A DNA stretch of 64,000 bases from Epiperipatus broadwayi (taxonomy: Eukaryota > Animalia > Onychophora): positions 1,240,001-1,304,000 of the forward strand of contig JAQFVV010000003.1 in the NCBI GenBank assembly GCA_028023455.1, read 5' to 3'. The position numbers and the translations under genes were made by a program. Under the pieces are notes generated by a model. The model worked only from the letters and a program-made list of their open reading frames with translations. It made no database searches and was not told where the DNA came from. Each line of letters opens with the position of its first letter. The first letter of the stretch is position 1. Positions 10,256 through 24,211 of this stretch are shown piece by piece.

Positions 10256-13200
10256 ATAAGTATTGTAAAACCACATATACTTGATCTACTAGAAACCAAA
10301 ATATATAGTGGTTCACATACAGATACATCCAACTACTTAAACAAGCATGGTTTTTGCAGTTATTCACGTGATGCTTCAACACCATCAGCAGGTACTGGAA
10401 TAATTGTAACTCCTACAATCATATTTGATAATTTTAAAATATTATACATAGATTCTCACTTATTAATTACAACGTTTCATAACCGTATCACACCCATTAA
10501 TATCATCTTTGTCTACATTCCACCAGGACCTACAGTAATATCATATATCATTCTCACAATAAACTGTTAACATCAACTTCTTATCCTACTATATTAATTG
10601 GTGATTTTAATATGAGTTATTACCAATTTACAAACAAATGGCTTCACCAGCTAACAATACCTCTTATGAGTGGAGAAGGATTCCTACCTTTACATTCAGT
10701 ATCATTCCACAACAAACGATTTGCAACACTGATTGACTTATGCTTCTACTCACCAATGCTTCATCATCTAATAGATATTAAGTTAAATCCATCTTCATTC
10801 TCTGATCACTCAGCACAAACACTTATAATAAATTTAATAAATTTTCAAACAACCACCACTCAGCTAGAAAAAACAATCCGTATGCTCACTCCAACATCAA
10901 CCCCAGAATTCCTATTTTCAGAAACATATATAATGCTATGAAAACTAGATATACTATCATACCTGATCTAGTACAAAAATACTTGGCATTTATGAATATA
11001 CTACCATTCAACATAAATCATCTAACATACAACTTACCATCACCTTTAAGGCTTCTAACAATAGCGGATGAAATACACAAAAGAATTACAATGTTACATC
11101 CTTCACATAACTCACTGGAAAATATATACAAGCTCACACAAATTTACAATAACACATGTAACAAACTAAAGGAATACATAACAATTAAAAAAGCAAAAAT
11201 ATGTCTCTCACAAACACACACATGGTCAAGAGCATATATTAGATGGGGTCTAGGATATCCACCAAAATTGAGAGTACCAATGGCAATAGAAATAGAAGGA
11301 ATGACCTATGCAGGACAGAATATGATAATACCCATATTTAATTACTTCAAGAAAAAACTACAAGAACATAAAAGATTCACACCTTCAGATAATTACTTTG
11401 GACAACCAGAAACAAATTATCCATTTAACATACAACAATTTGCAGATAAACTTAATACAATTAAAACCACATGTCATCCTGGAACAAATGGTATACCAAA
11501 ATTTGTCTTCGCACATTTGAGCCAATTCACATCAAAATATATTTGCAACCTAGCAAATCATCTCTTTCAAAAAATCTACAACCTTAAAGAACTAAATACC
11601 ATAGCCATAGTGCCATTTAATAAAAAAAATTAATATATCAACACTTACCAATGTAAGACCTATTTCTATGGGTACATTAGCCATTAAAATTTTAGAAAAA
11701 GTCATCAAAGATCAAATTGAACAACACTTACTTCCACTTATATCACCTCTACAATTTGCAAAAAAAGAATCATCTACAGGACAAGCAGCATTACTCTTTA
11801 AAACTATTATGACTACAATACAAAAGCAAAAAAAAATGCACCAATAGCAGTACAATTAGATATTCAAGCAGCATTTGATTCAGTGTCAATCAAGATACTT
11901 CTTAATAAATTAGCCAATACCACCTACACTACTCTATGTAATTGCCAATCTTCTCCTTAATAGACAAATTCATATCACACTCAATGGAAGGAAATCAACA
12001 TCATTCACTCCATCACAATCTATTTCACAAGGATCACCACTAAGTTCTCTCCTCTTCACATTCTACATAGATCCACTAATAAGAAAAATACAACAAAATA
12101 TAGCTGGAATACAAATTCCACACACACAACAAAATATCCCATGTTTAGCATACATGGATGATATCATATTTTTTTTAAAATCACACAAAGAATTTCCAGC
12201 ACTACAAAAAATATTAGATCAATACTCATCTGAATTCAAACTAAAATTCAATCCTAATAAAATAGCAGCTTGGTTCATATATACAACCAAAACATATACT
12301 AAATACTTTCAAGGCAAACCCACTCCTTTTCTTGGATTTCCATTTTACTTGGGAACAAATGGTATGAGGCAAAACATACAAAACAAATTACTTGAATCCA
12401 TAAACAAAATTTCAAACTCTTTATCAAAAGCATACCTATCCATATACTCAAAAGTTCAATTATTCAACATGTTAATTTCCACAAAAATGACATATTTTTC
12501 TCCAATAATAAATTTCTCTAAACATTTCAAATCAAAAATATCATTATTATGCACTAAACTACTATGGGGACGCAAAGCCATTGTAATATCCGCTAAATCT
12601 CTTAGCAAATCTACAGAAAACAATGGTTTAGGACTGCACACTATTTACACATTCCATATACAGAAATCAAACAACATATTAGCATCAACAATAAGACAAT
12701 TCCCTAAACTAAAATGTTTGCTCACAATTACACCAACGGATACTCCACCTTCAAATTCACAGTATTTATCTTCACTAATACAAAGTGTCACAACAATATC
12801 TACTCAAAATAACATAGAAGCAACATATAAATATTCATACTGGCAAATTTACAAACTATTATACCCAGAAAATCCTGGAGACACACAAACAACAATGCTT
12901 GAAATTAGCAATTATCAATTATTGAAAAAATTCAAAAAATGGTCATTAGAACGAAAATATTTTGATTTTATATTAAAAATAAACCTTTATGCACTACCAA
13001 CATTATATTTCCTTCGATACAGACGTCTATATAAAAACATTGATCCTTTTTGCAATCTTTGCCTCACGGCAGAATTGACACAACAGCATATTTTCTATTC
13101 ATGCACAAGTTTATCAAATATACGCAGATTGTTAATAGAAACTTACCAAAGGAAAAATACATCATTAATAAATATATTACAATCTTTTAAAAAAAACTCT

Positions 13201-13560
13201 ACCCCAACAATACGAGCAATAACTTTTTTACTATATGCATACTGGTGCACAAGATGCTCATTTACATTTGGTAACAATACAAGAAGACATCCAGCAACAT
13301 TTACAAAAAAACTTCAACAAATAAAAGAGCGGGATTACAAAATTAGCGCTCCAGACATTGCAGCAGCAACATGGTCACTCATAAGACAGCCATCAAACCT
13401 ATAACAGAATAACCATCAAACAGATTATTTAAAATGTAAAATACAATTGATTTTAAAATTTAGAACTTGTTCCAAAGTCCTATGATTGCCTATGTAACAG
13501 AATGCAATCGTCTGTTGTAAAGAATCTATGTAACATTTGTTTAATAAAATTCTTTGAAAC

Positions 13561-13627
<67 letters not shown>

Positions 13628-13665
13628 GTAGTAGTAGTAGTACTAGTAGTAGTAGTAGTAGTACT
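13561..13665. repeat. (AAT)22 followed by (AGT)n/ACT microsatellite, 3' flank of LINE B
   Basis: Read directly. Confidence 0.97.
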
Positions 13666-16444
13666 AACCTTTTAAAAGTTTAATTTACAAAAAAATATTT
13701 TAAATCAGAGTTATTATTTATTTATTTCTATTTCAGTAAATGTAGAAAATATCTACTATAATTTTTGTCTGTGTTTATTTCTACTTTTCCTTTATTTTAC
13801 ATATATATATATTCACATACACTATATTAGTGTGTGTGATATAACCCAACTGGTTACAATATATATATATATATATATATATTTAAGCAGTCAGATCTAA
13901 GTTCAATCCTAGCTTTATAATATCTCACATGTAGCCCACTTCAAACCCTAGTACTAACCATGAATTTCCGATGCAATGGGGTTTTATACATTCAATACCC
14001 ACTAGTTTCATTAAAAATAGTATTATACAAAAATATGTTAAAACCAAGTAGTTTGATATTTAAACTAGTGAATATCATTAATAAATTCATGATAAAATTA
14101 TTCATGAATTTATATATATTATAACTGCATGGATTGTGCATATATATTTATAAATATTTAAATATATATATATTCGTTACAAAGTTTCATTGCGTCGGGA
14201 ATTTTTTATTTTACTTTTAAACAGTTTGTTCAAATTTTAGTGATTAAAAGCTACATTCTTTTGATAAGCTTTCAAATTGTCCTTTTCCAAAGACAATGGG
14301 GAAAATTTTATTAATTAGCAAAAAGATAATACTTTAAAATGTAAGGATGGTTCCTAATTAAAATCATTTTTTAGATTTATAAATTCATTTTCTAATTAGA
14401 AAATGAATTCAAAGTTAATGAGTTTGGAAGCCTTATCGAAGGAATGTATCTAAAATCAATTGATAAAAAATTGTAACATTGATAAAGCAAGAAGCATTAG
14501 CCTTAAGGCATGGAGAATCAGAAATAGGCGGGAAAGCAGAGGACAGTATAAATAGCCCAGAAAAGTTTGGAGAGGGGGAAGCCATTTTTGTTTTAGAGAA
14601 GTGCTACTAATCTAGGTGCATCTTTAAATTATGAATTGCAATAGTGTTTCCATCATGGTGAAGGGCTAAACTTTGGGAGTCTGATTGCTTGGCCTGGAGT
14701 CCCCCAGAAGATCTTTAATGTAGCTGCAAACTAAACCTTTCCACACCGATCCTGCTGCCAAAATCCTGAAAGAATCAATCAAAATGATATTCATCTAATT
14801 CACAAAATACGCTGCTACATTTCAACCAAATTGGACTCTACCATGTAAACTAAGGAGCCAACCATGGAAGGAATGGAATTTAAGAATAACTTTCTGGCCA
14901 GTTTCCGAACTTTATTTTACACTACCTTTAAATTATCTACTGTTAAAACTTTCTCTTTGCTTAATGTATTAATACTATCTTAAATTATGTAGTAATTCTC
15001 TATCTCTATCTCTAGTCTTTAAAATTAATATCTGTTAACTTTTCTTTCTTACAATGGCGGTTCATTTCACTAACTGTATTATATATACATTTATTGAGTA
15101 ATTATTAATGTATTTTTTTTATTATATACTGATAAAACTTCAACTCGATAATAATCTCTTTCGTTAAAATTCTCTCATGAAGATAATCTAATATTAAGTT
15201 ATAATAATTCTTGCCCACTAGAGCTAACTTAATACAGTTCTATTAATTATCGAGTTGAAGGATTTATTAAATGTTGCTATTTTTATTAATGGGTAATAAT
15301 AAATTATTAGCCCAGTTTCTAACCTGTGTCCCCGGCTATTTTATCTAGTTTACAAATGTTTATATATTCATATTTATAATCTTATAATGTTTTGCAAAAA
15401 GGTCGATAAAGGAATTAATGTCAATATATTCTTATTTAAACATTATACTTTATATTAATATTCAGGGAGGGCATGATGTTTGGGGCATGATTAGTATAGT
15501 TATATAATTACGTTAGTACTTTTAGTTAAAGCATGTTTGACTTTAATTTAACTTAATCAGGTCATCATGTAGAGCATTTCTTATATAAAATGGGTTTTAT
15601 TATTTAAACACGATGATTACCAAGTCATCATTTTCTGAACATTGCTGATCCGAGCCATCTAATGCTTCATAAGCTTGTCGATCTTCATGTTATTTTAATT
15701 ATATTAGGAAGAAAGCACTTCCTCTCTCACTCATTTATATTGGAACACCAAAGGTTTGTGGCTATGACCCGGCCTGGTTTTCCCTGTGTTCTATGGATTC
15801 TTTATAGGGCATCAAAGACTTGTCAAATACAAGCCACCCTGCTATTTTTTCAAATCACCGACAAGCAATTATTTCTCATATTTATTTTTATAGCTCTTAA
15901 GTCGTCAGTACCATTTATTTCTCAGTTCCAGTAAAGCCCGTTCTCATGCTTGTAAATCATGATGAATTGATTTTATTAAAGTCAAACAAATTCGTATTCA
16001 TTTCTTATAAAATAAACTCTTTGTTAAATAGTAAAGTTATGCCCTAAATATTTATCTTGCTCATTGTGAATTGATTTGTGAATGTGAAAATAAATCTCAC
16101 ATTCTTTCATTTAAAATTAGAATCAGAATTTCTGTCATAGCCAAATACCTTTATCCACCTTTATTTTCTTGTCAGGGCATAGACATATATAATCCTCCTA
16201 GAATATTATGTAATACTTATTGGCATATAATAAGGACTGCCATTCTTATTGTAATTATAAATTCCGTTTAAAGACTAGAGATAATCTATATAATCATAAT
16301 CTAAAAGTTGAACAAAAGTATTATTATTATTAAACATTTTATTAACATATTTGGTTTTTTTACTTTCTTTCTTATTCCATAGTTATTTTAATATTAATGC
16401 TTGCTGTCTGTATTGGCAACCCGAACATATATATATATATATAT

Positions 16445-16687
16445 GAGTTGAATTAGAAATATCTTTAGTTATTTTATCATACTTTGTCAGAGTCAGTTCA
16501 GGGGTCTCAAATCATCATCATCCATTGAGCTAATTACTTGGTGCATAGTCATGTACCACTGATATATGTCATCCATGGATTTGATCTGAGCTCATGAGTT
16601 GGGTTTGAATTCAGTTTGGTTTGACTGAGTTTGAATCCAACTTTGAGTTTCGGTCTTGTTATTGTGTGGGGTTTTTCGACCGGTGCA
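16445..16687 (-). repeat. Unclassified element bounded by (TA)n, with a TGCACCGG terminus on the minus strand
   Basis: (AT)n on both sides; the end resembles TGTAACCGG at 40699 and TGTAACCAG (minus strand) at 13858. Confidence 0.3.
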
Positions 16688-18685
16688 ATATATATTCACT
16701 AACATTTATATGAGGAATTGTTTCATCTGCTGGTAAACTTTTATTTTTTGTTATATAATAATGCAATTTTATTTGGTGAAATAATTTATTGAGATAATTA
16801 AGTATAAAGTAAATTATTATTAATAAGATAATTATTAATATCTATTCTTAATCTGAAGATGACAATCAATTCCATGAAAAATGACTTGTATGCAGGAAAT
16901 TTCCATGCTTATTTTTCCTTTGAAAATATATATGTTTTAAAAAATAGCTTTTACAAAAAAAATCACAAAAATCTATAAGATTTATGATTAATAGAAATGG
17001 AATTTATTTTATTAGCTGATATATCATATGCATATGCAGTTAAAATCATTTTTATATGCTTTTAATTCATAAATGTAAATAAAAATGTTAAAGTCAAATA
17101 ATTTCTTGTCAATTTCTATTTTGTAGTGAAATTTTATACTTAATTAGTATTCATTTCAATTTTTACTAATGTTAGAATTCTGGTTGTGAACTATATTCCC
17201 ATAGCTGTTTTGTTTGTCATTGCTGTTTAGCAAATTAAGGCATACACTGTCTTCATTTTGTTCTAGAAATATGGAGCTGTATATGGGGTTTGTTTGTTAT
17301 TATATTAACAATTTAAAAATGGAGTTGATAATTAAATTGTTTTCTTTACATAAATGTTATTTTGGGAAAATATATTGGAAGCAAAAATGATTAACTTAAT
17401 TGATTCTAGTTGGGGAGTGCCATTACTCTCATCTTAGAAAAAAATATCATTTATGCAAATTAGAAAATAGGTTGTTATTTAAAATAGTATGTAATATCAA
17501 TGGATGCAATTAATAAATTTCTTTTAAAGTTTTATGAAATATTTGACACACCTATATCACCACAATAGACATTAAAATACATGTCCTACATCTTATCTGA
17601 TAAGAACTGATTACAGGGGATAAAGCTTTGCTTCACTACATTTTTTTATCTTTTTTACTATTTGTATTAATGAAGCTTAGTATTAAGAATTATTTCTTTT
17701 CATAAATTAAAGATTAATAGAATAGCAAAGAACCTGATTCTCAACCATATATAAATTTCAATTTATTCAACACATAATTTACAGGTAAACAATATAACAA
17801 GTATTAAAACAGGCAAAACTCTCTATACATAGTGCCATTCAATGCAATCCAGAGTAATCAATGGATCACAGAAGCCTTGTGCATAAAATCCCCATCTAAT
17901 GTCCATCCAATATCCCAAGACTAGTTTCTGGCTTGTGGCCTTTGTCAGTGAGGTGCCTTGAATTTGAGAGCACTGCACCTAAATCTTAGGATTTAATGCA
18001 ACCCTCCAGCAACCACCTTTTGTCTCTACTTAATTACAAAACTATGAGACTTAAATTGAAAACACTATAATATTTTCAATCCAAACTCATCAGCTTATAT
18101 AGTCTTATAGGTGTGAACTCAGATCAGTATCCATACATTTTGGTGTCTTTGGAGGCTTATACATATAGAGAGTTTTGCCTGTTTAATAACAGTTAAGAGC
18201 AAGCATAAGTAATGGTGATCATGTGAATATAACAAGTAATAAATTCGTTAATATTATCATTTTTTTTTTACTTAAAAATACCACAGCATACAAATGAAGT
18301 TACAATTTTTAGTAATTAAATGTACCATGATTTTTTTAAAAAAAATGTTGAGGAATAAATATTGATAAATTTAAAATTTATACATTTTTTTAAGTAAAAA
18401 TAATCAAGAATATTATTCACCAATCTTATTTATCAAATTCTATGAGATGACATATTTTTAAATCCTTATTTAACCCTCTACTAAGCATAACTTAATATTT
18501 ATTCTTCAACCAATGATTATATAAATATTGATAGGTCTTCTGATGAAAGTTCTAAGCATTTTTAGAACTTAAAATAAATTTTTATCCAAACAAATAAATA
18601 TTTTCAATTATGTATATGCATATTAAATATAAAACTCAAGATTTATTTAAAACATGGACATTATCAAGTTTTTTTTTTTTTTTAG

Positions 18686-18751
18686 GGAGACGATGCAGAT
18701 GGCATGTATCTGATGGAAGATGGTGTTGTTAGGGTTACCATTGCTAATGAA
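18686..18751 (+). CDS. Pka-R2: Exon of cAMP-dependent protein kinase type II regulatory subunit (cyclic-nucleotide-binding domain B, N-terminal part)
   Basis: Poly-T tract + AG acceptor; reads GDDADGMYLMEDGVVRVTIANE; GTAAGT donor, phase 0. Matches the RII pattern QGD.ADGMY.IE.G.V.V. Confidence 0.88.
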
Positions 18752-20129
18752 GTAAGTATTATTATTTTGTCGGTAATGTAAATAGTAATTATATAATTAT
18801 CTAGTTCTCTGAAAATATTAGAGTTAGAATCAATAATTACTTTGATGTAGTTTATTTATTTGATAATGATAAAAAAATAAAATTAAAGACAAGCCTACTC
18901 ATAAATTCTCTATCCTCTTCTAACTAGTTTGTTACATAACTAAGAACTATCATCTTATTTTGTAAATAAATTTTAATGTTTTTCTTATAGGTCAAATAAA
19001 AGAGAATTCATGTTAATAAAAATATGTGTGTGTATATAAATATGTGCGCATATTTAAATAGAAAAAGAACAATAATAGAGCTTTAACTTCAGTTTTTTGA
19101 AATTTAAAGCTTTATTACAGAAGATATTTATCATATAAAGGCATATTAAAATAACTAGGTCAAGACCAAACAATTAAACTTAATTATTATTGATGAACTG
19201 TCACTATATACCCTCTCCCTTAAATTTTAATTAAGTCTTAATATTCATTATTTTAGTATTATGTAAATAGAAGATGGATCTGTATTTACCAAAGTAATTT
19301 TATGCTATATATCACATTTTATTTGTACATAAATATATGTTAAGATATATCATGAATTAATTGACAACATACATGATTAGGATACATTAAATGCAATAAT
19401 GTATCATAATTATTTTTTCTAATGACATTACATGTATCCACATTTAGCACGATTCAGAGCCAGCTAACATCAAAGCATGCTATGTTTAGCTGTTCATAAG
19501 AAAAAGTCAATGTCAGTGACTTTTAGCATTTAGCCTTGTGCTGTGTTAAAAGTCTTAGCCACACTTCTAATAAAATTGTGATATGCTGGATACTAACCAT
19601 AAATTAATGAAAAATATGTTTCCTCTGTCTCAGATGCTTGGTTAGATATTGTTGTATACAATAAGTTGATCAGTATTTAACTATGGTTCAGCTTTGTTTA
19701 AAATTTCTATTACAATTAACTTATTTTAGTTTGCTTCTCTCAAATATTATTGGTCAAAATGTGGATTTATCTGAACTGTCTGTAAGGGAATGATCAATGC
19801 TTTTAGAAGACTTTCCCTGCTAATGACAATAATGTGAATAAATTTAATCAAAAATATATTATCAATTATATCTTATTTTTCATATTTCCATCCCAGTGTT
19901 TTCTTTGAATGCATATTTTATTATTAGAAACTTTTTGCTGATAAAGCAATAAAGTTACCACAATTGTTTTTTGACAATTATTATACATTAAAAAAAAGAC
20001 CATGCATTAAAATTGGTCTAATAGTTTCTGAATTATAAGATAAAAATTATCATTATAATCCAATTGTTTTAATGCATTATTCTGACAAATGTATATTTTA
20101 ATCTTAGGAATGTTTTCACTTTAAGTGAG

Positions 20130-20330
20130 GAAATTGATGTCAATATTACATGAACTTTCATAACTTGCTTAATGCACCCAAGAGCAGTTATCATTGCTCT
20201 AAAGCCATCTAGAATGTGATGTTGTTGATATAAACCTTACTATCCAAAGAGTCAAAAACGCCTACAATTTTTATAGAAGTGAAATTTCAAAAATGTATGA
20301 AAACAGACCTGGTATCAGATCTATATAGCT
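20130..20330 (+). mobile_element. Highly decayed RTE-like LINE fragment (end of RT)
   Basis: Frame-shifting translation LSEEIDV...AVIIA...DVVDINLTIQRVKNAY...MYENRPGI resembles the RTE pattern V..F.YLGS.I....D.EI..RI.KA....W.NRGI. Confidence 0.35.
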
Positions 20331-22236
20331 ATGCAAGTCAGTTAGCCTGGGTTTGAAACCATAAAGTTCTTTAAAATTTTAAGCTTGAATAATATAAATG
20401 AATAAAAGATAATTGCTAAATGCATAATTAACTTAGTTCTAGCTTTAAATCCTAGCCTTCATTAACAAGGCAAAAAGTAGAAATAGGTTAGTCTAGAGAT
20501 CTGATTTTGTAATACTAAACTATATGGTCTCCATTAACTATTCAAGATCGTAATATATGACTCTAGAGTAGGATGAAGATAGCTTCTTATTAAAAAGAGA
20601 AAGCTAATTGGCTGTTATTGCTTCTTAAGAATTATGCTTCACATGAAACAAACCTATCAAAATTGATCTAATAGTTCCTGACTTATAAGACAACAGATAG
20701 ATATTTTATGTTATATAAGGCAAAAATAATTATTATGTTGTTGATTTTTAATAGAATTGTTCTCAAAGGAAAAGAAAAAAAAACTAGAAGAATCTGATAA
20801 TAAAAGATGTAATCATTAGGATTGTTTTTACTTTTATTGCTAAGTATTTCTTCAAAAATTGTGCATAACTGTATTACTTTTAGAACTTATGGACATTCAG
20901 CAGAAGCCTTGCATACAAAATCCAAGTTGAAAACTAATAATTTTATTATTTATCAATTTACATTAAACAACAACATTAAATAATGGTTAGTACTATGAAA
21001 AATTAAATAAAAAAATTTGAATGATTTTTTTTAATACATAACTATTTAAGTACTATTTGACAAACATATAAAATGTAATAAATCTTTTGCTTGTGAAATA
21101 AAAGTATAACTTTGTTTTATATCTTAAGATTAATAGTAAGTGTATTTTCTTTTATAGTTAATTTATAAAATCTATTAAAAAGAATTATAATCTTACCTGA
21201 CCAAAATTAAGATTATTACATTTTAATGGAAGAGGATATGACCCTTGAAGAAATTATCAAGTTTTCATGTTACCGTATATGTAATATGTTAATATCAGAT
21301 GATATGTAAAAAATATAGCCATTTTCAACTATAATGCTCAATCATACTCATCAACCAAAATATGTAATTTTCAACATCTATTGTACTCCTTAGCATTCAT
21401 TAACTCTTTGGTGTTACAATAGATAGCTCTGAAGTAAAATACTGTGTATAGCACGGATATTGAAAGTTGTAAAATAATTTATGCAGTATATACTATCAAT
21501 TGCCAAAGGGTGAAAAGTGTCTAAGATTAATGTGAAACTGAGATATATGATATAATATATATTTGCTAGCTTGGATTCAAAATTATAGGCTGTTTGAATG
21601 GATTATTTAAAATTCCAATGTTTCAATAGTGAAGGCAAATAAGTCTGGAATATAGGAGTATTATGTAAAATATGTTGAATACATAATCTTACTGAAAATA
21701 TCTCTTCAGTTATACTTCATTTAATACAGATTTTTTAATATATTAATGTGGGATTATAATTTATCTAGATACAAGTGATATCATATAATATCTGGAGCTC
21801 TAGTTTTAAAAGATTTTATGTATTTTCTCAGAAGGAGATTTGAATCCATTTGAAATATAAAGAAATTTTGTGGCACTTTTTCTCTTATTTTTATTTTTAT
21901 ATTTTTTTTTTTTATATTGGTTTATCTGATAGATATTTTTTTACATGGTCAATTGTAGTTAGAATTTAATTTCTTCATATTGAAAATTTTTACTAAATAA
22001 TGATTTTATATAAAATGGTTTCTCTTTAAAGATAAAAGTCTATATGCTCAGAAATTCTGTTAACCAAGTTAAAACTCACAAACCATTACACACCACAATA
22101 AACTAATTTACTTTTTGCATCTTATTAACTATTTTTTTCCACCCCAATTAATATTTTTCCTTCTATTTCATATTAATAAAACGTTTTTAATAGGGTTTGT
22201 ACTCATTTATCTTAATTACATTATAGAGATCTAAGC

Positions 22237-24211
22237 CAAGGGTCTTCAATGTGGAGGGTAGCACCCACCAATGAATGTTTTATGATTTTTGGTGGGCAGT
22301 ATTTTATTTAATGTCACAGTACTTTCATTTAATTTTTGCAAAAATGACATCTTTATTTTATGATTTTGTTTTATAAATTTTTTTTATTTACCATATTTTC
22401 CAGCATATAACAAACTTTTTCCCCTCAAAATATATCTAAAATATGTGGTGTGTCTTATGCATTTCTGGTAATCAGAATTATGAGTTGAAATATTAGTCAG
22501 TCTAAAACTTCTGGCTTATATTAATATACATATATAAGTATTCTATTGCATTTTGTTCTCTTTGCAAAACAAAAAAATATTTTAATGAAGCAATGAAACC
22601 ATTTCAATTGCAAAAACATTATACTAAACATAAAAATAAAAGTGAAAAATCTGTAGAAAATTTTAAAAGATATTTGTAAACAATTTAAAAAACATAATAC
22701 CATAACTTCATCATTTGAAAAATATTTAAGAAAAAACAAAGATGGGCTCATAGCAAACCATCAGATATCTGAACTTATTTTTAAAAATGGGGAACCTATA
22801 CTATTGAATAAAAGTTACTAAAACCATGTTTCAAAGTACTTTTATTGACAATGATGCATCAGGATCCAGCTAATATTTTGAAAAATTTGTTTAGTGATAA
22901 TACATTTAGATGGCGATCGATGAAATGACTATATGATATTCAAAAGCAACTTGTTTGGATGCTTCAAATAAAATTATTTTCTCTGCAAGTAGATAAGTCA
23001 AGTGTTGCTGATAATAATGCTCTTTTAATAGCTTATGTTTGTCATTTTGATGAAAATAATTCACTGCAAGAAGAAATCTGTTTGCAGTAGCCAAAGGTAT
23101 ATCCATTTACACTGCAATCCAATCCTATTTCAAAATACATAACATATCATTCACAAATATAGTTGTTTGTGCAACAGATGGAGGACCAGTAATGGTTAGT
23201 CACTATCATGGGTTTTTAACATATTTGAAGAAAGAAGTTCTAAATGTATTATGCATCCATTGCATTATTTATAAGTAACATCTTGCTACAAAACTTATTA
23301 GCCCCAGTTTATATTTATCTTTAACAATTGTTATAAAAGCAATTAACAAGATAAAATCTATTGGAAAAAAAATCATTGAGTATTAAAACAGTTTTGTAAG
23401 GATTGTGACAAATCATATGTCTAATTAATACTTCACACAGAAGTGCACTGGTTATTGAAAGGGTACTGTCTTTCAGTTTTGGTAGAATTAATATATCTTA
23501 GAATTTTTTGAAAATGCCAAAGTTGATATGTGCCAGAAATGAAAAACACAAAAATTATTGTCTTTATTTAGCTGATATATTTATCAAATTAAATGAAGTT
23601 AATTTACATCTCCAAGGAAAAATTATGATCCTTACTGAATGCAAAAAAGTAATTTGTCTATTTATTGATAAGTTAAATTTATTCAGACAAAATATGATGA
23701 ATAAGGAATTCAATCAGTTTTCTAAATTGTTGTTAGTCAAAGATTATCTTACAATTAATGACTTGGAAATTGTAGTAGACATATTCATACATTTAAACTT
23801 GATTTGGAAATCTGTTTTCAAGGTATCATTAACCTGGAAGTGAATGCATGGATAGAGTTTCCATTTAATGTTAATATAACAAGTTGAAATTAGGTTGCAA
23901 GAAGGCTTATTATAACTAAAATGTGATGCTGATAGTAAAATAAATTTCAATGAAGAAGGATACCTACAACCATGACAAAATAAAAAAATTTCAGTGCTGT
24001 GTCCATATTTATGGAATAAAATATTTTCATTCCTAGATCACCTTTTCAACTTTATGTTTGGTGGAAGCCGGATTCAGTGTTGTAAAAAGCTTTTGACCAC
24101 GAAGAGAAACTGCTTGGATTTACAAAAAAAGGGGAGACCAATTATTTTTGACAAACTAAAAACAACATAAAGCATTTACTTATCCAATATCAAGCACAAG
24201 GTTTTCATTAA
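22237..24211 (+). mobile_element. Decayed hAT (Buster/Charlie-type) transposon with near full-length transposase pseudogene
   Basis: TIR-like CAAGGGTCTTCAA at 22237, preceded by ATCTAAGC. Motifs in mixed frames: LSDNT, CATDGGPVM, IHCII, LHTEVHW, YLADIFIKLNEVNLHLQG, terminal QAQGFH*. Right TIR not found. Confidence 0.85.

Larger units (their letters stand above)
8468..13404 (+). pseudogene. ORF2 (APE-RT-CCHC) of LINE B, split by the LTR insertion and frameshifts
   Basis: MKIKISAFNIRGIN at 8468 resumes as SIVKPHILDLLETK after 10260. Further motifs: LIGDFN, LIDLCFY, SDH, GTNG, LDIQAAFD, QGSPLS, AYMDD and CNLCLTAELTQQHIFYSC. Confidence 0.92.
6705..13560 (+). mobile_element. Full-length Tx1/L1-like non-LTR retrotransposon (family B), inserted in (AAT)n and interrupted by an LTR element
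   Basis: ORF1 6926-8050, ORF2 8468-13404, AATAAA 13543-13548, ends CTTTGAAAC at 13560, then (AAT)22. Confidence 0.9.

Noticed and set aside
9243-10570. Two ORFs starting MTCSYNLGTVIS (9243 and 10208) as a gene pair or LTR-APE fusion gene
   Set aside because: Both start at the same ATG in the duplicated LTR end; the second runs by chance into the broken APE frame, which stops at 10570.
20160-20300. EL...NAPRA.IIA-like string resembling the missing PKA phosphate-binding-cassette exon
   Set aside because: It needs stops and frameshifts, has no splice sites, lies before the FGE exon, and fits a decayed RTE RT end better.
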